A program made the position numbers and the translations under genes. Positions 9,551 through 24,968 of a DNA stretch of 64,000 nt are shown piece by piece (within the stretch, counting starts at the first letter, position 1; each line of letters begins with the position of its first letter). The stretch covers positions 64,001-128,000 of the forward strand of contig JAPDJH010000001.1 in the NCBI GenBank assembly GCA_029259175.1, in the 5' to 3' direction. The stretch comes from Hadesarchaea archaeon (lineage in GTDB: Archaea > Hadarchaeota > Hadarchaeia > Hadarchaeales > Hadarchaeaceae). The notes under the pieces are model-generated. The model was not told the DNA's origin. It searched no databases and saw only the letters and a list, made by a program, of their open reading frames with translations.

Positions 9551-11227
9551 TTATCGCTCACTCTTTACTCGCTTCAGGATCGCATCAGGATCTTGATAGT
9601 ACTCTTGGATCACCTTGCCAACCTCGAAGATGTTCCGGATGTTACGTTTTTTCATCCACTCCAACACGGCTGCGCGCTTCTCGATTTCGATTTCGATTTC
9701 CTTGCCGCTCATCCCGCTGAACTCCGCGATAGTCCGCTTGACCTTGCTCGGCACCCCCGTGGGCTCCAGCTTGTCGGCTCGCGGGTTCCACTTGAATATC
9801 CGGCTCAGCTGTGGCTGTCCCCCCTCGATCCCCGTTATCTCCGCCACCTCGGTAACCCGCCTTATCTGGCCCCGCTGACGGTGGTAAATCCTGTTTTGCA
9901 TGATTATCATATCGAGAGCAGGGAGCATTATCGGCGGTACGGACATGGGCGGCTCTATCAGGCGCGTCACCGTCTCCGCGGCCGAGTTGGCGTGCAGAGT
10001 TCCCATGCATCCATCGTGGCCTGTGTTCATTGCCGTGAACATGGTTCTGGCCTCCGGCCCTCTGACTTCACCCACAATCATTCGATCGGGACGCATTCGA
10101 AGCGCGTTCTTAACCAAATCATCCATCGTGATCTCCCCGCGCCCTTCCACGTTGGGCGGTCTTGTCTCCAGCCTCACCCAGTGCTTGTGGGGGAGCTGGA
10201 GTTCGGCCGTGTCCTCGATGGAAATAATCCGCTCACGCCCGGGAACGAATGTCGTCGCCGCATTCAGAGTGGTTGTTTTCCCGCTCCCCGTGCCGCCCGA
10301 AATCAGTATGTTTGCTGGCTTCACCCCCATACCGTCCACGGCCAGCCACAGAAAGGCTGCGAAATCGACCGACATGGTTCCAAAGTTGATAATATCGATA
10401 ATCGTCAACGGATCCCTCCTGAACTTTCGGACAGAGATCGTCGGCCCATCGAGAGAAACAGGGGGGATTGTGGCATTGACACGACTTCCGTCCGGCAGCC
10501 TCGCGTCCAACAAGGGAGTCTGCTGATCAATACGTCTACCTACCAGCCGAGCCATCTTATCGATAAGATACTTTATCGAGTCCTCGTCATGGAACACTAT
10601 GTTCGTATAACACATGCCATGCTTGCGGTGGTACACGTACACCGGTCTGCCCACACCGGTCACCATTATGTCCTCTAACTGGTCATCAGCGAGCAGAGGA
10701 TCCAGCAATCCAAAACCGATCATCTCGTGAACGATCAATTCACCCAGCTCCTTCAGGCGGCCAGGAGGGATCCGCAACCCTCTGCTCTCCCGTTCAAGAA
10801 TACGCAGAACTTCTTGCGTGAACACCCGGTTCAGCTCCTCCGGACTGAGCTGGGAAGGATCAACCCTTATCTCTTCCACCGCCCGATCCTTTACTTTCGC
10901 AAGCAACTCTCGTTCACGCTGGGAGAGTTCCGGGATCTTGAGCTTGTAGAACGGGATAGGCTCGTCCGTCGCCCAAATCTCCACCTTCCCGTATCGATCC
11001 AGCATCTTGTGACCGGCTGGTGCCTTTTCTATGGCCGCTATAGAAACGGTTGGTCTCGCCGGCTTCTCAACCACTTCTTCTTTTTCTACCGGGATAGCTT
11101 CTGGCGCTGGTGCAGGGACCTCTCCTAGGATTTCCGATAGAAGGCCTCCTTCGCCTGAGCCGAAGGGGCCCAATCCGGATTTCTTACCTGCTTTTCCTTT
11201 GCTTGATTTCTTGGTCTTTTTGGGCAT
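9551..11227 (-). CDS. Pilus assembly ATPase, CpaF/TadA (VirB11) family
   Basis: GGTGSGKTT, IEDTAEL, LRMRPDRMIVGEVRG, TGHDG.MGTLHA; start moved to MPKKTKK because the longer ORF overlaps tRNA-Lys. Confidence 0.93.
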   Translation of the reverse strand: MPKKTKKSSKGKAGKKSGLGPFGSGEGGLLSEILGEVPAPAPEAIPVEKEEVVEKPARPTVSIAAIEKAPAGHKMLDRYGKVEIWATDEPIPFYKLKIPELSQRERELLAKVKDRAVEEIRVDPSQLSPEELNRVFTQEVLRILERESRGLRIPPGRLKELGELIVHEMIGFGLLDPLLADDQLEDIMVTGVGRPVYVYHRKHGMCYTNIVFHDEDSIKYLIDKMARLVGRRIDQQTPLLDARLPDGSRVNATIPPVSLDGPTISVRKFRRDPLTIIDIINFGTMSVDFAAFLWLAVDGMGVKPANILISGGTGSGKTTTLNAATTFVPGRERIISIEDTAELQLPHKHWVRLETRPPNVEGRGEITMDDLVKNALRMRPDRMIVGEVRGPEARTMFTAMNTGHDGCMGTLHANSAAETVTRLIEPPMSVPPIMLPALDMIIMQNRIYHRQRGQIRRVTEVAEITGIEGGQPQLSRIFKWNPRADKLEPTGVPSKVKRTIAEFSGMSGKEIEIEIEKRAAVLEWMKKRNIRNIFEVGKVIQEYYQDPDAILKRVKSER

Positions 11228-11382
11228 TCGACACCGCCATATCTTTTTTTCATTCGGTAAAAAAGTGTTTTTTACAGAAAATAAACTAAGAAGAAAGCTT
11301 TTTAAAACCCTGCTGTTGAAAAGCATATATCGATATAAATCGTGAAAAAGCAAGGATAGGATGATGCCCTTGTACGATTTCT

Positions 11383-11457
11383 GGGCCCGTAGCGCAGTCT
11401 GGCTAGCGCACCGGCCTTTTAAGCCGGGAGTCGTGGGTTCGAATCCCACCGGGCCCG
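11383..11457 (+). tRNA. tRNA-Lys (TTT)
   Basis: GGGCCCG/CGGGCCC acceptor stem; CCGGC-CTTTTAA-GCCGG anticodon arm; GGTTCGAATCC T-arm. Confidence 0.95.
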
Positions 11458-11477
11458 CTCACTAGAGGTGACAAGAG

Positions 11478-11717
11478 ATGAAGGAGATAGACATTCTAAA
11501 ACACGAACTCGTCCCGAAACACGAAATCTTAAAGCCAGAAGAAGTGAAAAAATTAATGGAAGAGTATAAAATACAGCCCCACCAATTACCATGGATTCGA
11601 TCAGGAGATCCCGTTGTCAAGAGAATAGGAGCGAAAGTGGGTGATGTAATCAAAATCACCCGAGAAAGCCCAACAGCCGGCAAAACGATTGCATACCGAT
11701 ACGTGGTGGAGGGATAA
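11478..11717 (+). CDS. rpoH: RNA polymerase subunit H (Rpo5)
   Basis: [29 protein letters not shown]. Confidence 0.97.
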   Translation: MKEIDILKHELVPKHEILKPEEVKKLMEEYKIQPHQLPWIRSGDPVVKRIGAKVGDVIKITRESPTAGKTIAYRYVVEG

Positions 11718-11718
11718 A

Positions 11719-14700
11719 ATGAAAGACACGTGGCCATGTGTTGAAGCCTTTTTTAAGGAAAAGGGACTTGTTCGTCAACACTTAGACTCTTACAACGATT
11801 TTATCGAGCGCGGGCTTCAGCAGGTGATCGATGAGATCGGCGGGATAGATCTCGATGTCGAGGGTGTCCGCGTAGAGTTCGGGCGTGTGCGTCTGGGAGA
11901 ACCCGTATCCCACGAAGCTGACGGATCAACTCCTGATTTGTGGCCGAATGAGGCCCGATTAAGAAACCTCAGCTACACCGCACCCCTCTATCTTGAAATG
12001 TCGCTGGTTATCCACGGCGAAAAACTTCCACCCGAAGAAGTCTACATCGGAGAGCTCCCAATTATGCTCAAGTCCAAAATATGCAGGTTGTACGGGTGCT
12101 CGGAAGAAGAACTGATCCAACACGGGGAGGATCCACTAGATCCCGGTGGATACTTCATTATCAACGGATCAGAGCGAGTGATAGTGGCTCAAGAAGATCT
12201 AGCGTCCAACACGGTTCTAGTGGAACTCGATGAACGAGTTGGGACAGAAGTAGCAAAAGTCTTCTCAAGCCACCGCGGATTCCGTGCGTTCGTCGTCGTT
12301 GAGAGGAAGAGAGAGGGATTGCTGCGGATCTCCTTCCCGGCCATACCCGGTCAGGTGCCATTCGTCATAATCATGCGAGCTCTGGGGCTGGAAAGCGACA
12401 AAGAAATCGTTGAAGCCGTTTCGGAAAGGGAAGAGATATTCAAAGAACTCATGGAAAACCTACAGGAGGCTGCAGAAATCAAGACACGGGAAGATGCACT
12501 CGACTTCATCGGAAAGCGTGTAGCTATCGGCCAGCCAAAGGACTACCGGCTCCAGCGCGCGCAAGAAGTTCTAGACAAATACCTGCTCCCACACATCGGA
12601 ACAACACCCGATGCTAGGCTCAACAAAGCTTATTATCTTGGACGGATGGCTGAGCAAGTAATAGAACTCGCGCGTGGCGAGCGTGCTCCTGATGATAAGG
12701 ATCACTACGCTAACAAACGGTTGAAATTGGCTGGGGATTTGCTGGAAAACATTTTCCGGCTTGCTTTCTTGAATTTGGTAAAAGATATCAAATACCAGCT
12801 GGAGCGGGCAGTGACGCGTGGAAGAGAACTTCAGCTCAAAAACGCTACTCGAGCGGATGTTTTGACTGAGCGGATTCGCCACGCGCTCGCCACTGGGAAC
12901 TGGCCCGGAGGACGAACGGGAATAAGCCAACTGCTCGACCGCACGAACTACATTGCCACTGTATCCCACTTGCGCCGTGTCGTGTCGCCTCTAAGCCGGA
13001 GCCAGCCACACTTCGAGGCTCGTGATCTCCACTCAACTCACTGGGGCAAAATCTGTCCAGCTGAAACACCGGAGGGGCCCAACTGTGGTTTGGTGAAGAA
13101 CCTAGCGCTCACTGCAGAGATCTCTATCGGCACATCAGAGGAAAAAGTGGAAAAAGTGCTCCACAGACTCGGAGTGAAGAAAATCACAAAAAGTAGCGAA
13201 CGAAAAGGGAAAACTGCTGTTTATATCAACGGTAGACTTGTCGGCATCACCGACAACGGTGTCGAGTTGGCACGTAAGATACGCGAATATCGGCGAAAGG
13301 GAGAACTCGATGAACAAGTAAATGTGACGTACAAAGTTGACACGGACGAGGTCAAAATAAACACAGATGCTGGCAGAATCCGCCGGCCGGTGATCGTGGT
13401 TGAAAACGGAAAACCAGCACTCACGGACGAAATAATAGAGCAGGTCGAGCGCGGCGAACTCACCTGGAACGACTTGATAAAAAGAGGCATTGTGGAATAT
13501 CTAGACGCAGATGAAGAAGAAAACGCATACATAGCTGTGTACCCGGAAGAAGTCACGCCCGCACACACGCACTTAGAACTCCACCCACTAACAATCCTCG
13601 GTGTCTCAGCAGCGCTTGTTCCCTATGCAGAACACAATCAGTCCCCCCGCAACACCTATGGAGCCAACATGGCAAAGCAGGCACTTGGTCTCGGATTCAC
13701 AAACCTGCATACAAGAGTTGACACTCGCGGCCACTTCTATCATTATCCACAGGTGCCTCTCGTGAAAACGAAAATCATGGATGTACTGGGATTCGACAAG
13801 CGCCCCGCAGGACAGAACTTGGTGGTCGCCATCGCCACATACGGGGGATACAACATGGAAGATGCCATCATCATCAATCGAGCCACCATTGACCGTGGCA
13901 CTGGCCGCACCACATTTTATCGGACATACGAAGCCGAAGAAATCCGATATCCGGGAGGCCAGTTCGATAAATTCGAGATTCCGAGTGAGGAAATTCGCGG
14001 ATATGCGGACGCCTCCTTTTACAGAAACTTGGGAGAGGACGGCGTAATCGAAGTAGAGCGAGAGGTCAAGGGAGAAGACGTGCTTATCGGAAAAACGAGT
14101 CCCCCACGGTTCTTAGAAGAAATCGGTGAGCTAGCAGCCGCTGGTGAAAAAAGACGGGAGAGTTCGGTGCGTGTAAGACCCAACGAACAAGGCATTTCTG
14201 ACATGGTTCTAAAAACGACCACACCAGACGGGACCAATTTTGTAAAAGTTCGCGTTCGGGATTTGCGAATCCCTGAGCTGGGAGATAAATTTGCTTCCAG
14301 ACATGGACAGAAAGGAGTAATAGGACTAATCCTAGATGCAGCAGACATGCCGTTTACCGAAGATGGACTCATCCCCGACATCATAATCAATCCGCACGCC
14401 ATTCCCTCAAGAATGTCTGTAGGGATGTTGTTAGAAATGATTGCCGGCAAGGTCGGAGCTATGCTCGGGAAACGGATGGACGGAACTACCTTTAGCAATG
14501 TGCCCGAAAGAGAGCTCCGCAGGATGTTGAAGGAACTCGGGTTCAAACACACTGGCAAGGAAGTCATGTACAACGGAATTACCGGGGAGCTGATCCCCGT
14601 GGACATATTCATCGGCGTTTGTTACTATCAGAAGCTTCACCACATGGTCCAAGACAAGATCCATGCACGCGCGCACGGTCCCATCCAAGTGCTCACGCAC

Positions 14701-15018
14701 CAGCCCACAGAGGGGCGAGCACGAGAAGGCGGTCTGCGATTCGGCGAGATGGAGCGGGACTGTTTGATCGGCCATGGCGCCGCCATGTTGTTAAAGGAAA
14801 GACTGCTAGACGCCTCTGATCTGTATCGAGCGCTTGTCTGTGGAAAGTGCGGCAACCTTGCATATTATGACGTGAAAAAAGACACTCCCGTGTGCAGACT
14901 GTGTGGTGAGGAGTCGGACATCCACGAGGTGGAAATGTCTTATGCATTCAAATTGTTATTGGACGAGCTGAAATCGATGGGGCTCATGCCACGAATAAAA
15001 ACTAGAGAGAGGGTGTAG
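11719..15018 (+). CDS. rpoB: RNA polymerase subunit B (Rpo2), unsplit
   Basis: [45 protein letters not shown]; ATG at 11719. Confidence 0.98.
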   Translation: MKDTWPCVEAFFKEKGLVRQHLDSYNDFIERGLQQVIDEIGGIDLDVEGVRVEFGRVRLGEPVSHEADGSTPDLWPNEARLRNLSYTAPLYLEMSLVIHGEKLPPEEVYIGELPIMLKSKICRLYGCSEEELIQHGEDPLDPGGYFIINGSERVIVAQEDLASNTVLVELDERVGTEVAKVFSSHRGFRAFVVVERKREGLLRISFPAIPGQVPFVIIMRALGLESDKEIVEAVSEREEIFKELMENLQEAAEIKTREDALDFIGKRVAIGQPKDYRLQRAQEVLDKYLLPHIGTTPDARLNKAYYLGRMAEQVIELARGERAPDDKDHYANKRLKLAGDLLENIFRLAFLNLVKDIKYQLERAVTRGRELQLKNATRADVLTERIRHALATGNWPGGRTGISQLLDRTNYIATVSHLRRVVSPLSRSQPHFEARDLHSTHWGKICPAETPEGPNCGLVKNLALTAEISIGTSEEKVEKVLHRLGVKKITKSSERKGKTAVYINGRLVGITDNGVELARKIREYRRKGELDEQVNVTYKVDTDEVKINTDAGRIRRPVIVVENGKPALTDEIIEQVERGELTWNDLIKRGIVEYLDADEEENAYIAVYPEEVTPAHTHLELHPLTILGVSAALVPYAEHNQSPRNTYGANMAKQALGLGFTNLHTRVDTRGHFYHYPQVPLVKTKIMDVLGFDKRPAGQNLVVAIATYGGYNMEDAIIINRATIDRGTGRTTFYRTYEAEEIRYPGGQFDKFEIPSEEIRGYADASFYRNLGEDGVIEVEREVKGEDVLIGKTSPPRFLEEIGELAAAGEKRRESSVRVRPNEQGISDMVLKTTTPDGTNFVKVRVRDLRIPELGDKFASRHGQKGVIGLILDAADMPFTEDGLIPDIIINPHAIPSRMSVGMLLEMIAGKVGAMLGKRMDGTTFSNVPERELRRMLKELGFKHTGKEVMYNGITGELIPVDIFIGVCYYQKLHHMVQDKIHARAHGPIQVLTHQPTEGRAREGGLRFGEMERDCLIGHGAAMLLKERLLDASDLYRALVCGKCGNLAYYDVKKDTPVCRLCGEESDIHEVEMSYAFKLLLDELKSMGLMPRIKTRERV

Positions 15019-15020
15019 AG

Positions 15021-19119
<4,099 letters not shown>

Positions 19120-19123
<4 letters not shown>

Positions 19124-19548
19124 TTCGGCTCACTGCGGAAGAAATCAGACACATCGGATTGTTTGAGAGCTTGACGGGGGTTGAAGTCAAAGACTGTGTG
19201 ATAGATGAAGAAAAGGATTTCATAACTTTTCTGGTCAAAGAAAACCAAGTGGCCAAAGCAGTTGGAAGAAACGGAAGCAAGATCCGGCGAATACAACGCG
19301 TGCTCGGGAAAAACATAGAGGTAGTCGAGTTCTCTGAGAATCCCGAAAAGTTCGTTAGGAATATTCTGGCCCCGGCCAAACTAGACAGAGTCGAGATAAT
19401 CGAAAGGGAAAATGGTGAAAGAATCGCAGTCGTTTACGTGGACTTTCAAAATCGTAAGCTTGTTATAGGAAAGAGAGGACGCAAGATCAATAACGCGAAA
19501 AAACTGGCTCTGCGGCATTTCAACATCGCAAACATCGTGCTCAAATGA
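19120..19548 (+). CDS. nusA: NusA-like transcription factor
   Basis: Two KH motifs (AVGRNGSKI, VIGKRGRKI); synteny. Confidence 0.95.
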
Positions 19549-19596
19549 TGAGGTTTTTAACTGCAGAACCATCTATAATTAGTTTAGGTAGGTCAA

Positions 19597-20031
19597 ATGA
19601 AATCCCCAACCGGTGAATTTGCGGCGAGAAAACTGGCGGTGACTAGGCAACGGTTTAGATGGAAGAGCGAGCGATATAAACGGCGCATGCTTCGACTAAA
19701 GGAAAAACACGATCCACTGGAGGGAGCGCCACAAGCACGTGGGATAGTGCTGGAAAAAGTGGGGATCGAAGCGCGCCAGCCCAACTCGGCAATAAGGAAA
19801 TGTGTGAGAGTCCAGCTGATCAAAAACGGAAAACAGGTGACAGCCTTTGCCCCTGGAGATGGGGCTATCAACTTCATCGAGGAACACGACGAGGTAATAA
19901 TCGAGGGAATTGGAGGAAGAAAAGGAAAATCGTATGGGGACCTGCCGGGTGTTCGCTACCGGGTGGTAAAAGTCAATGGGGTGTCTCTGAAAGAGCTGAT
20001 CAAAGGAAAGAAAGAAAAGCCCACAAGGTGA
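19597..20031 (+). CDS. rps12: 30S ribosomal protein S12
   Basis: [29 protein letters not shown]. Confidence 0.98.
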   Translation: MKSPTGEFAARKLAVTRQRFRWKSERYKRRMLRLKEKHDPLEGAPQARGIVLEKVGIEARQPNSAIRKCVRVQLIKNGKQVTAFAPGDGAINFIEEHDEVIIEGIGGRKGKSYGDLPGVRYRVVKVNGVSLKELIKGKKEKPTR

Positions 20032-20639
20032 AGACCGTGTTCAAGTACTTTGGTGAGTGGGATGCGGAAGGCGTGGAGATAAAGGACCCGGGGCTGCGCC
20101 GATATATCGTGCTGGAGCCCAAGCTCGTGTTGCACACATGTGGGCGGCATGCCAACAAACAATTCGCCAAAGCACAGGTCAACATCGTGGAGCGGCTCAT
20201 CAACAAGCTCATGAAGTCAGGTCCCGGAGTCAAAAAACTCCGAGGGAAGTTCATACGCGGGGGGAAGGCCTGCGGAAAAAAACAAAAGACGTACAACATA
20301 GTCAAACGGGCGTTCAAGATCATCGCAGAACGAACAGGAAAGAACCCCGTGCAGGTATTGGTGGATGCGATTCAAAACTCTGCCCCGCGCGAAGAAACCA
20401 CAAGGATCACTTATGGAGGGATTACTTACTACGTGGCGGTGGACGCGGCGCCCCAGCGCAGGGTTGATACGGCGCTGAAAAACATCGCGGCGGGGGCTTA
20501 TGCTGCTTCCTTCAAAAACAAAACCCCCATCGAAGAATGTTTGGCAGAGGAAATAATCCTCGCGGCAAACAACGATGTGAAAAGCTTCGCCGTGTCACAA
20601 AAAGAAGAAATCGAGCGAATAGCGAAAGGAGCTAGGTAA
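20028..20639 (+). CDS. rps7: 30S ribosomal protein S7
   Basis: GTG at 20028 overlapping the rps12 stop; [28 protein letters not shown]. Confidence 0.96.
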   Translation: MKTVFKYFGEWDAEGVEIKDPGLRRYIVLEPKLVLHTCGRHANKQFAKAQVNIVERLINKLMKSGPGVKKLRGKFIRGGKACGKKQKTYNIVKRAFKIIAERTGKNPVQVLVDAIQNSAPREETTRITYGGITYYVAVDAAPQRRVDTALKNIAAGAYAASFKNKTPIEECLAEEIILAANNDVKSFAVSQKEEIERIAKGAR

Positions 20640-20701
20640 AACTATTTATAGGCGTGGATAGAAAAAATGGCGAAATAATTGAAAAAGGAGGGAGGTGAAG
20701 T

Positions 20702-21964
20702 ATGGCAAAGCCGCACCTGAACTTGGTGACGATTGGCCACGTAGACCACGGGAAGTCCACCCTGATGGGCCGACTGCTCTACGAGACCGGTGCCGTCAAA
20801 GAGGAAGACATCAAGAAGTTCGAGGCCATGGGTGACAAAGGGAAGACCTTCAAGTTCGCGTGGGTCATGGACGGTCTCAAAGAGGAGCGTGAGCGCGGAC
20901 TGACCATCGATCTCGCGCACAAGAAGTTCGAGAGCTCCAAGTACTATTTCACTATCATCGACGCACCGGGACACCGTGACTTCGTTAAGAACATGATCAC
21001 CGGGGCCAGCCAGGCAGACGCTGCCATTTTGGTGGTTGCTGCAGACGACGGCATCATGCCGCAGACGCGCGAGCACGCTGCGCTGGCGTTCACTCTGGGA
21101 GTGGGACAGATGATAGTAGTGATCAACAAGATGGATCTGGTGGACTACAAGCAGGACGTTTACAACAAGCTCAAGCAAGAAGTGACAGAGCTGCTCAAAA
21201 CGGTCGGATACAAGAACGCCGAAAAGTTCCCCTTCATTCCAGCTGCGGCGTTCCACGGGGAGAACGTGACCAAGCGCAGTGAAAAAATGAAGTGGTACAA
21301 CGGCCCCACCGTGCTCGAGTCTCTCGACACGTTCGAAGTTCCGCCCAAGCCTGTGGATAAGCCGCTCCGAATCCCAGTTCAAGACGTGTATTCCATTACC
21401 GGTGTCGGTACGGTTCCTGTGGGGCGCGTCGAAACAGGGGTGCTCAAAGTCGGTGACGCCGTGGTGTTCGAGCCAGCGGGAGTGAAGGGAGATGTGAAGT
21501 CCATCGAGATGCACCACGAGTCCATCCAGCAGGCAGAGCCGGGAGACAACATCGGGTTCAACGTGCGCGGAGTTGCAAAGGACCAGATCAGGCGTGGAGA
21601 CGTAGTCGGACACCCCAACAGTCCACCCACAGTGGTGAAGGAGTTCAAGGCTCGGATAGCGGTGCTGCAGCACCCAACAGCCATTTCCGCAGGATACACG
21701 CCGGTGTTCCACGTGCACACAGCGCAAGCAGCCTGCAAGATCACTCAGATCGTGAACAAGCTGGATCCGAAGACCGGAGAGCCCGTCGAGGAGAATCCAC
21801 AGTTCATCAAGCGCGGAGATATGGCAACGATCGTGGTGACTCCGACCAAGCCGCTGGTGATCGAGAAAGCATCGGAGATCCCACAGCTCAGCAGATTCGC
21901 AATCCGAGATATGGGGATGACGATCGCAGCCGGGGTCTGCGTGGACGTGACTCCAGCAAGGTGA
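20702..21964 (+). CDS. tuf: Translation elongation factor EF-1 alpha
   Basis: [28 protein letters not shown]. Confidence 0.98.
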   Translation: MAKPHLNLVTIGHVDHGKSTLMGRLLYETGAVKEEDIKKFEAMGDKGKTFKFAWVMDGLKEERERGLTIDLAHKKFESSKYYFTIIDAPGHRDFVKNMITGASQADAAILVVAADDGIMPQTREHAALAFTLGVGQMIVVINKMDLVDYKQDVYNKLKQEVTELLKTVGYKNAEKFPFIPAAAFHGENVTKRSEKMKWYNGPTVLESLDTFEVPPKPVDKPLRIPVQDVYSITGVGTVPVGRVETGVLKVGDAVVFEPAGVKGDVKSIEMHHESIQQAEPGDNIGFNVRGVAKDQIRRGDVVGHPNSPPTVVKEFKARIAVLQHPTAISAGYTPVFHVHTAQAACKITQIVNKLDPKTGEPVEENPQFIKRGDMATIVVTPTKPLVIEKASEIPQLSRFAIRDMGMTIAAGVCVDVTPAR

Positions 21965-22004
21965 GTTTTTTAATCCCCTTTTCATCTAATTTTGGGGGCA
22001 GTCT

Positions 22005-22316
22005 ATGCAAAAGGCGAGAATAAAGCTAGCTAGCACTGACATCGAAAAGCTGAATCATGTGTGCGAACAGATAATCGACATAGCGAGGAGAGTGGGGATC
22101 GAGAAGTCCGGACCCATACCCCTGCCCACCAAGCGGATAAAGGTGGTTACGCGAAAATCACCCGATGGAGAGGGAACAGCCACTTTCGACCGCTGGGAGA
22201 TGCGAATACACAAGAGGCTCATCGACATAAAAGCAGACGATCGCGCGTTGAGACAGCTCATGCGTATCCAGATCCCCGAGGAAGTGTCAATCGAGATAGA
22301 GCTCAAATCGAAGTAA
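22005..22316 (+). CDS. rps10: 30S ribosomal protein S10
   Basis: [32 protein letters not shown]. Confidence 0.98.
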   Translation: MQKARIKLASTDIEKLNHVCEQIIDIARRVGIEKSGPIPLPTKRIKVVTRKSPDGEGTATFDRWEMRIHKRLIDIKADDRALRQLMRIQIPEEVSIEIELKSK

Positions 22317-23090
22317 TTAAGGGTGTTCCGAACCTGTGATGTTTTTCTCGAGTTCCTCGGGCGGAGGAGCATCCACCCCCAATCTGCGAAAATAGCGTAC
22401 GAGGTTGCTCAGATCGCGACGCAAGTACTCGCGCGACATGGGGTTGCCGAGTTCCGTGCCCATTGAAAAATCGATGAGTACTGGATCCGGGGTAAGAAGC
22501 ACGTTGTACTCACTAAGATCGCTATGAACCAGTCGCGCGTCACGGTAGAGACGTGCAACAGCATCGAGCAGGATCTGATATGCTCGTTGGGGGTCCTCCG
22601 GTGCTGCGTCCTTCATACGGGGATATGGAACGCCTTCCTCTCCGAGGAACTCCATGGCCAACACGTTCTTCTCGCAATCGATGGGGCGCGGAACGGGAAC
22701 CCCCGCTTCATAGGCACGTTGCAAGTTCTTGAACTCTCGAGAAGTCCAAGCAAAGATTATGCGGCGGCGCTCGTGGGGGACACGAGCGTAGCGCGGATCT
22801 CCAGCAAGATAGCGATACATGCTCTTGAAATCCGTGGTGGCAATACGGTAGATCTTGAGCGCAACAAAGTTCCCGATTTGGTCGGCAGCGCAGAATACGT
22901 TGGCCTCCTTGCCGGTGGATACAGCGCCGTAAACAAACTCGAAGACCCCACGGTTCATCATGCGATAGAGAGTAAGCAAAGTAGAACTATCGAAAACACG
23001 AGCCATTATTTTGTAGATTTCGGCATCTTTCTCAAGGCGTTCTGGTTTATGGCGGTGAAGGGCTGCGAGAAGGGAATCGAGCTCCGACAT
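22317..23090 (-). CDS. rio1: RIO1 serine kinase
   Basis: STGKEANVF, LVHSDLSEYNVL, IDF. Confidence 0.95.
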   Translation of the reverse strand: MSELDSLLAALHRHKPERLEKDAEIYKIMARVFDSSTLLTLYRMMNRGVFEFVYGAVSTGKEANVFCAADQIGNFVALKIYRIATTDFKSMYRYLAGDPRYARVPHERRRIIFAWTSREFKNLQRAYEAGVPVPRPIDCEKNVLAMEFLGEEGVPYPRMKDAAPEDPQRAYQILLDAVARLYRDARLVHSDLSEYNVLLTPDPVLIDFSMGTELGNPMSREYLRRDLSNLVRYFRRLGVDAPPPEELEKNITGSEHP

Positions 23091-23106
23091 AGTATCAAAT
23101 ATCGAT

Positions 23107-23400
23107 TTATTCCCAAAGCCCCTGTTTGCGCAACCACTCCAACTGAGTCATGGTGTACCGGAACACGATATCGGCCCGCTCCTCCCCCTGAACCGGCCAA
23201 GGCTTTACCACCACCACATCACCCTCACGAACCCACATCCGTTTTCGTAGCTTTCCCGGAATGCGACAATTGCGAATGCGTCCGTCCCTGCACCGCACTC
23301 GTACTCGATCAAATCCAAACATCTGATCAACGATGCCCAATATCTCTCCTTCCTGCGGGAGGTATAGCTTATCACTCTCTCCGGGCTTGAATTTCGGCAT
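23107..23400 (-). CDS. eif1a: Translation initiation factor aIF-1A
   Basis: [24 protein letters not shown]. Confidence 0.96.
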   Translation of the reverse strand: MPKFKPGESDKLYLPQEGEILGIVDQMFGFDRVRVRCRDGRIRNCRIPGKLRKRMWVREGDVVVVKPWPVQGEERADIVFRYTMTQLEWLRKQGLWE

Positions 23401-23403
23401 CAC

Positions 23404-24900
23404 TCATCCCCGCATCTGCCTATCCCAAAGCAAACGATTTACTCCATTCAGCATGGCCTGCACGCTCGCCATTATGATGTCGCCACTGATTCCTCGCGCC
23501 GTGACTATCCGCTTGCCGTCTGTGAGCTTTACCACCACGTCCACCACAGCATCGGTGCCACCAGAAATTGCATCTACATGATATTCCATCAACCGAATGT
23601 TGGAGATGCCTTCAACCACCTTGCGGATGGCGTTCATCGCCGCGTCCACCGGTCCTACACCTGTTCCAGACTCGACGACCTCACGATCCATGAAGCGGAC
23701 ACGTACGGAAGAAGTGGGGGTGATCTTGTTCCCGCTAACCACCGTGAGTTCTTCCAGCTTCACCAGATCTTTGAACTTGCGCCCCATGACCGAATCGATG
23801 ATTGCCCTCAGCTCGGTGTCCGTCACGGTCTTGCCTTGATCCCCGAGGCGTTTCACGCGCTGAAAGATCTCGAGCACCTGCTTGCGCGTTGGCTTGAAAC
23901 CCATTCGCTTCAGCTCACTCTCGATAGCATGAGTCCCCACGTGTTTGCCGAAAACGAGCTTGCGCTGCTGGCCCACCTCCTCCGGAGAGATGGGTTCGTA
24001 GGTAGAGGGGTGTTTTAGCACTCCATCCACGTGGATTCCCGCCTCATGAGCAAACGCGTTGTCTCCCACTAGCGGCTTCACGGGGGGTATGGGCAAACCA
24101 GTCAGACGCTCCACTAGCTTGGACACCGAATAGAGCTTCCGCGTCTTTATCCGTGTGCGCACCCCATAAAAATGCTTTAGAGACACAACAACTTCTTCCA
24201 ACGGTGCATTCCCACCACGCTCTCCCAGACCGTTGACTGTGGCATGGACCTCTCTCACACCCCCTAGAATCGCGGAGACCGTGTTAGCAGTCGCCATCCC
24301 AAAGTCGTTGTGGCAGTGAGCCGCTACCGGAATCTTCAGCATGCGAACGAAACGGGAATAGAACTCACGCGCTCGCTCGGGTGTGAGAATTCCAACAGTA
24401 TCACACAAACACGCCCGATGTGCTCCTCGCTCCTCCGCCTGCTTCATCAGGTCTAACAGAAACTTCTGATCACTCCGTGTTGCGTCCTCGGCCGAAAATT
24501 CCACTTTCAGCCCATGTTCAATCGCATACTCTAGTGTGGAGAGAGCCATCTGGACCACCTGGGCGCGCGTTTTCTTCAGCTTGTATCGAATATGAAGATC
24601 CGAAGTCGGAACCACCAAGTGCACACTGTCGACATCGCACCGTCTAGCCGCGTCCACGTCCTCCTTGGCAGCTCGGACAAAACTGCAGATTTCTGCCTTC
24701 AGACCAGCTTTAGAGATCAGCTTGATGGCTTTTCGCTCGCCCTCGGATGTGATCGCGGATCCGGCCTCGATTATGTCGACGCCTAGCGAATCGAGAGCTT
24801 GAGCGATCTCCAGCTTCTCTTCTGGAGTAAGGGCTAAGCCCGGTGTCTGCTCTCCGTCCCGCAGTGTCGTGTCAAGCACCACAACGCGCTGCTTGGCCAT
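23404..24900 (-). CDS. LeuA/CimA family synthase, probably (R)-citramalate synthase
   Basis: [29 protein letters not shown]-terminal allosteric domain (GVGPVDA); substrate assignment is inference. Confidence 0.8.
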   Translation of the reverse strand: MAKQRVVVLDTTLRDGEQTPGLALTPEEKLEIAQALDSLGVDIIEAGSAITSEGERKAIKLISKAGLKAEICSFVRAAKEDVDAARRCDVDSVHLVVPTSDLHIRYKLKKTRAQVVQMALSTLEYAIEHGLKVEFSAEDATRSDQKFLLDLMKQAEERGAHRACLCDTVGILTPERAREFYSRFVRMLKIPVAAHCHNDFGMATANTVSAILGGVREVHATVNGLGERGGNAPLEEVVVSLKHFYGVRTRIKTRKLYSVSKLVERLTGLPIPPVKPLVGDNAFAHEAGIHVDGVLKHPSTYEPISPEEVGQQRKLVFGKHVGTHAIESELKRMGFKPTRKQVLEIFQRVKRLGDQGKTVTDTELRAIIDSVMGRKFKDLVKLEELTVVSGNKITPTSSVRVRFMDREVVESGTGVGPVDAAMNAIRKVVEGISNIRLMEYHVDAISGGTDAVVDVVVKLTDGKRIVTARGISGDIIMASVQAMLNGVNRLLWDRQMRG

Positions 24901-24968
24901 CGGAACACCTTTCTACTATGGGGAAACTAGTTATTTAATGGCATCCAGTAAAGACTAAGGGGTCGTCC

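Noticed and set aside
11228-11449. 74-aa N-terminal extension of the TadA ORF
   Set aside because: It is the antisense of tRNA-Lys and its promoter (MGFEPTTPGLKG is a typical tRNA shadow)
20642-21985. 447-aa minus-strand ORF
   Set aside because: Antisense shadow of tuf caused by biased codon usage
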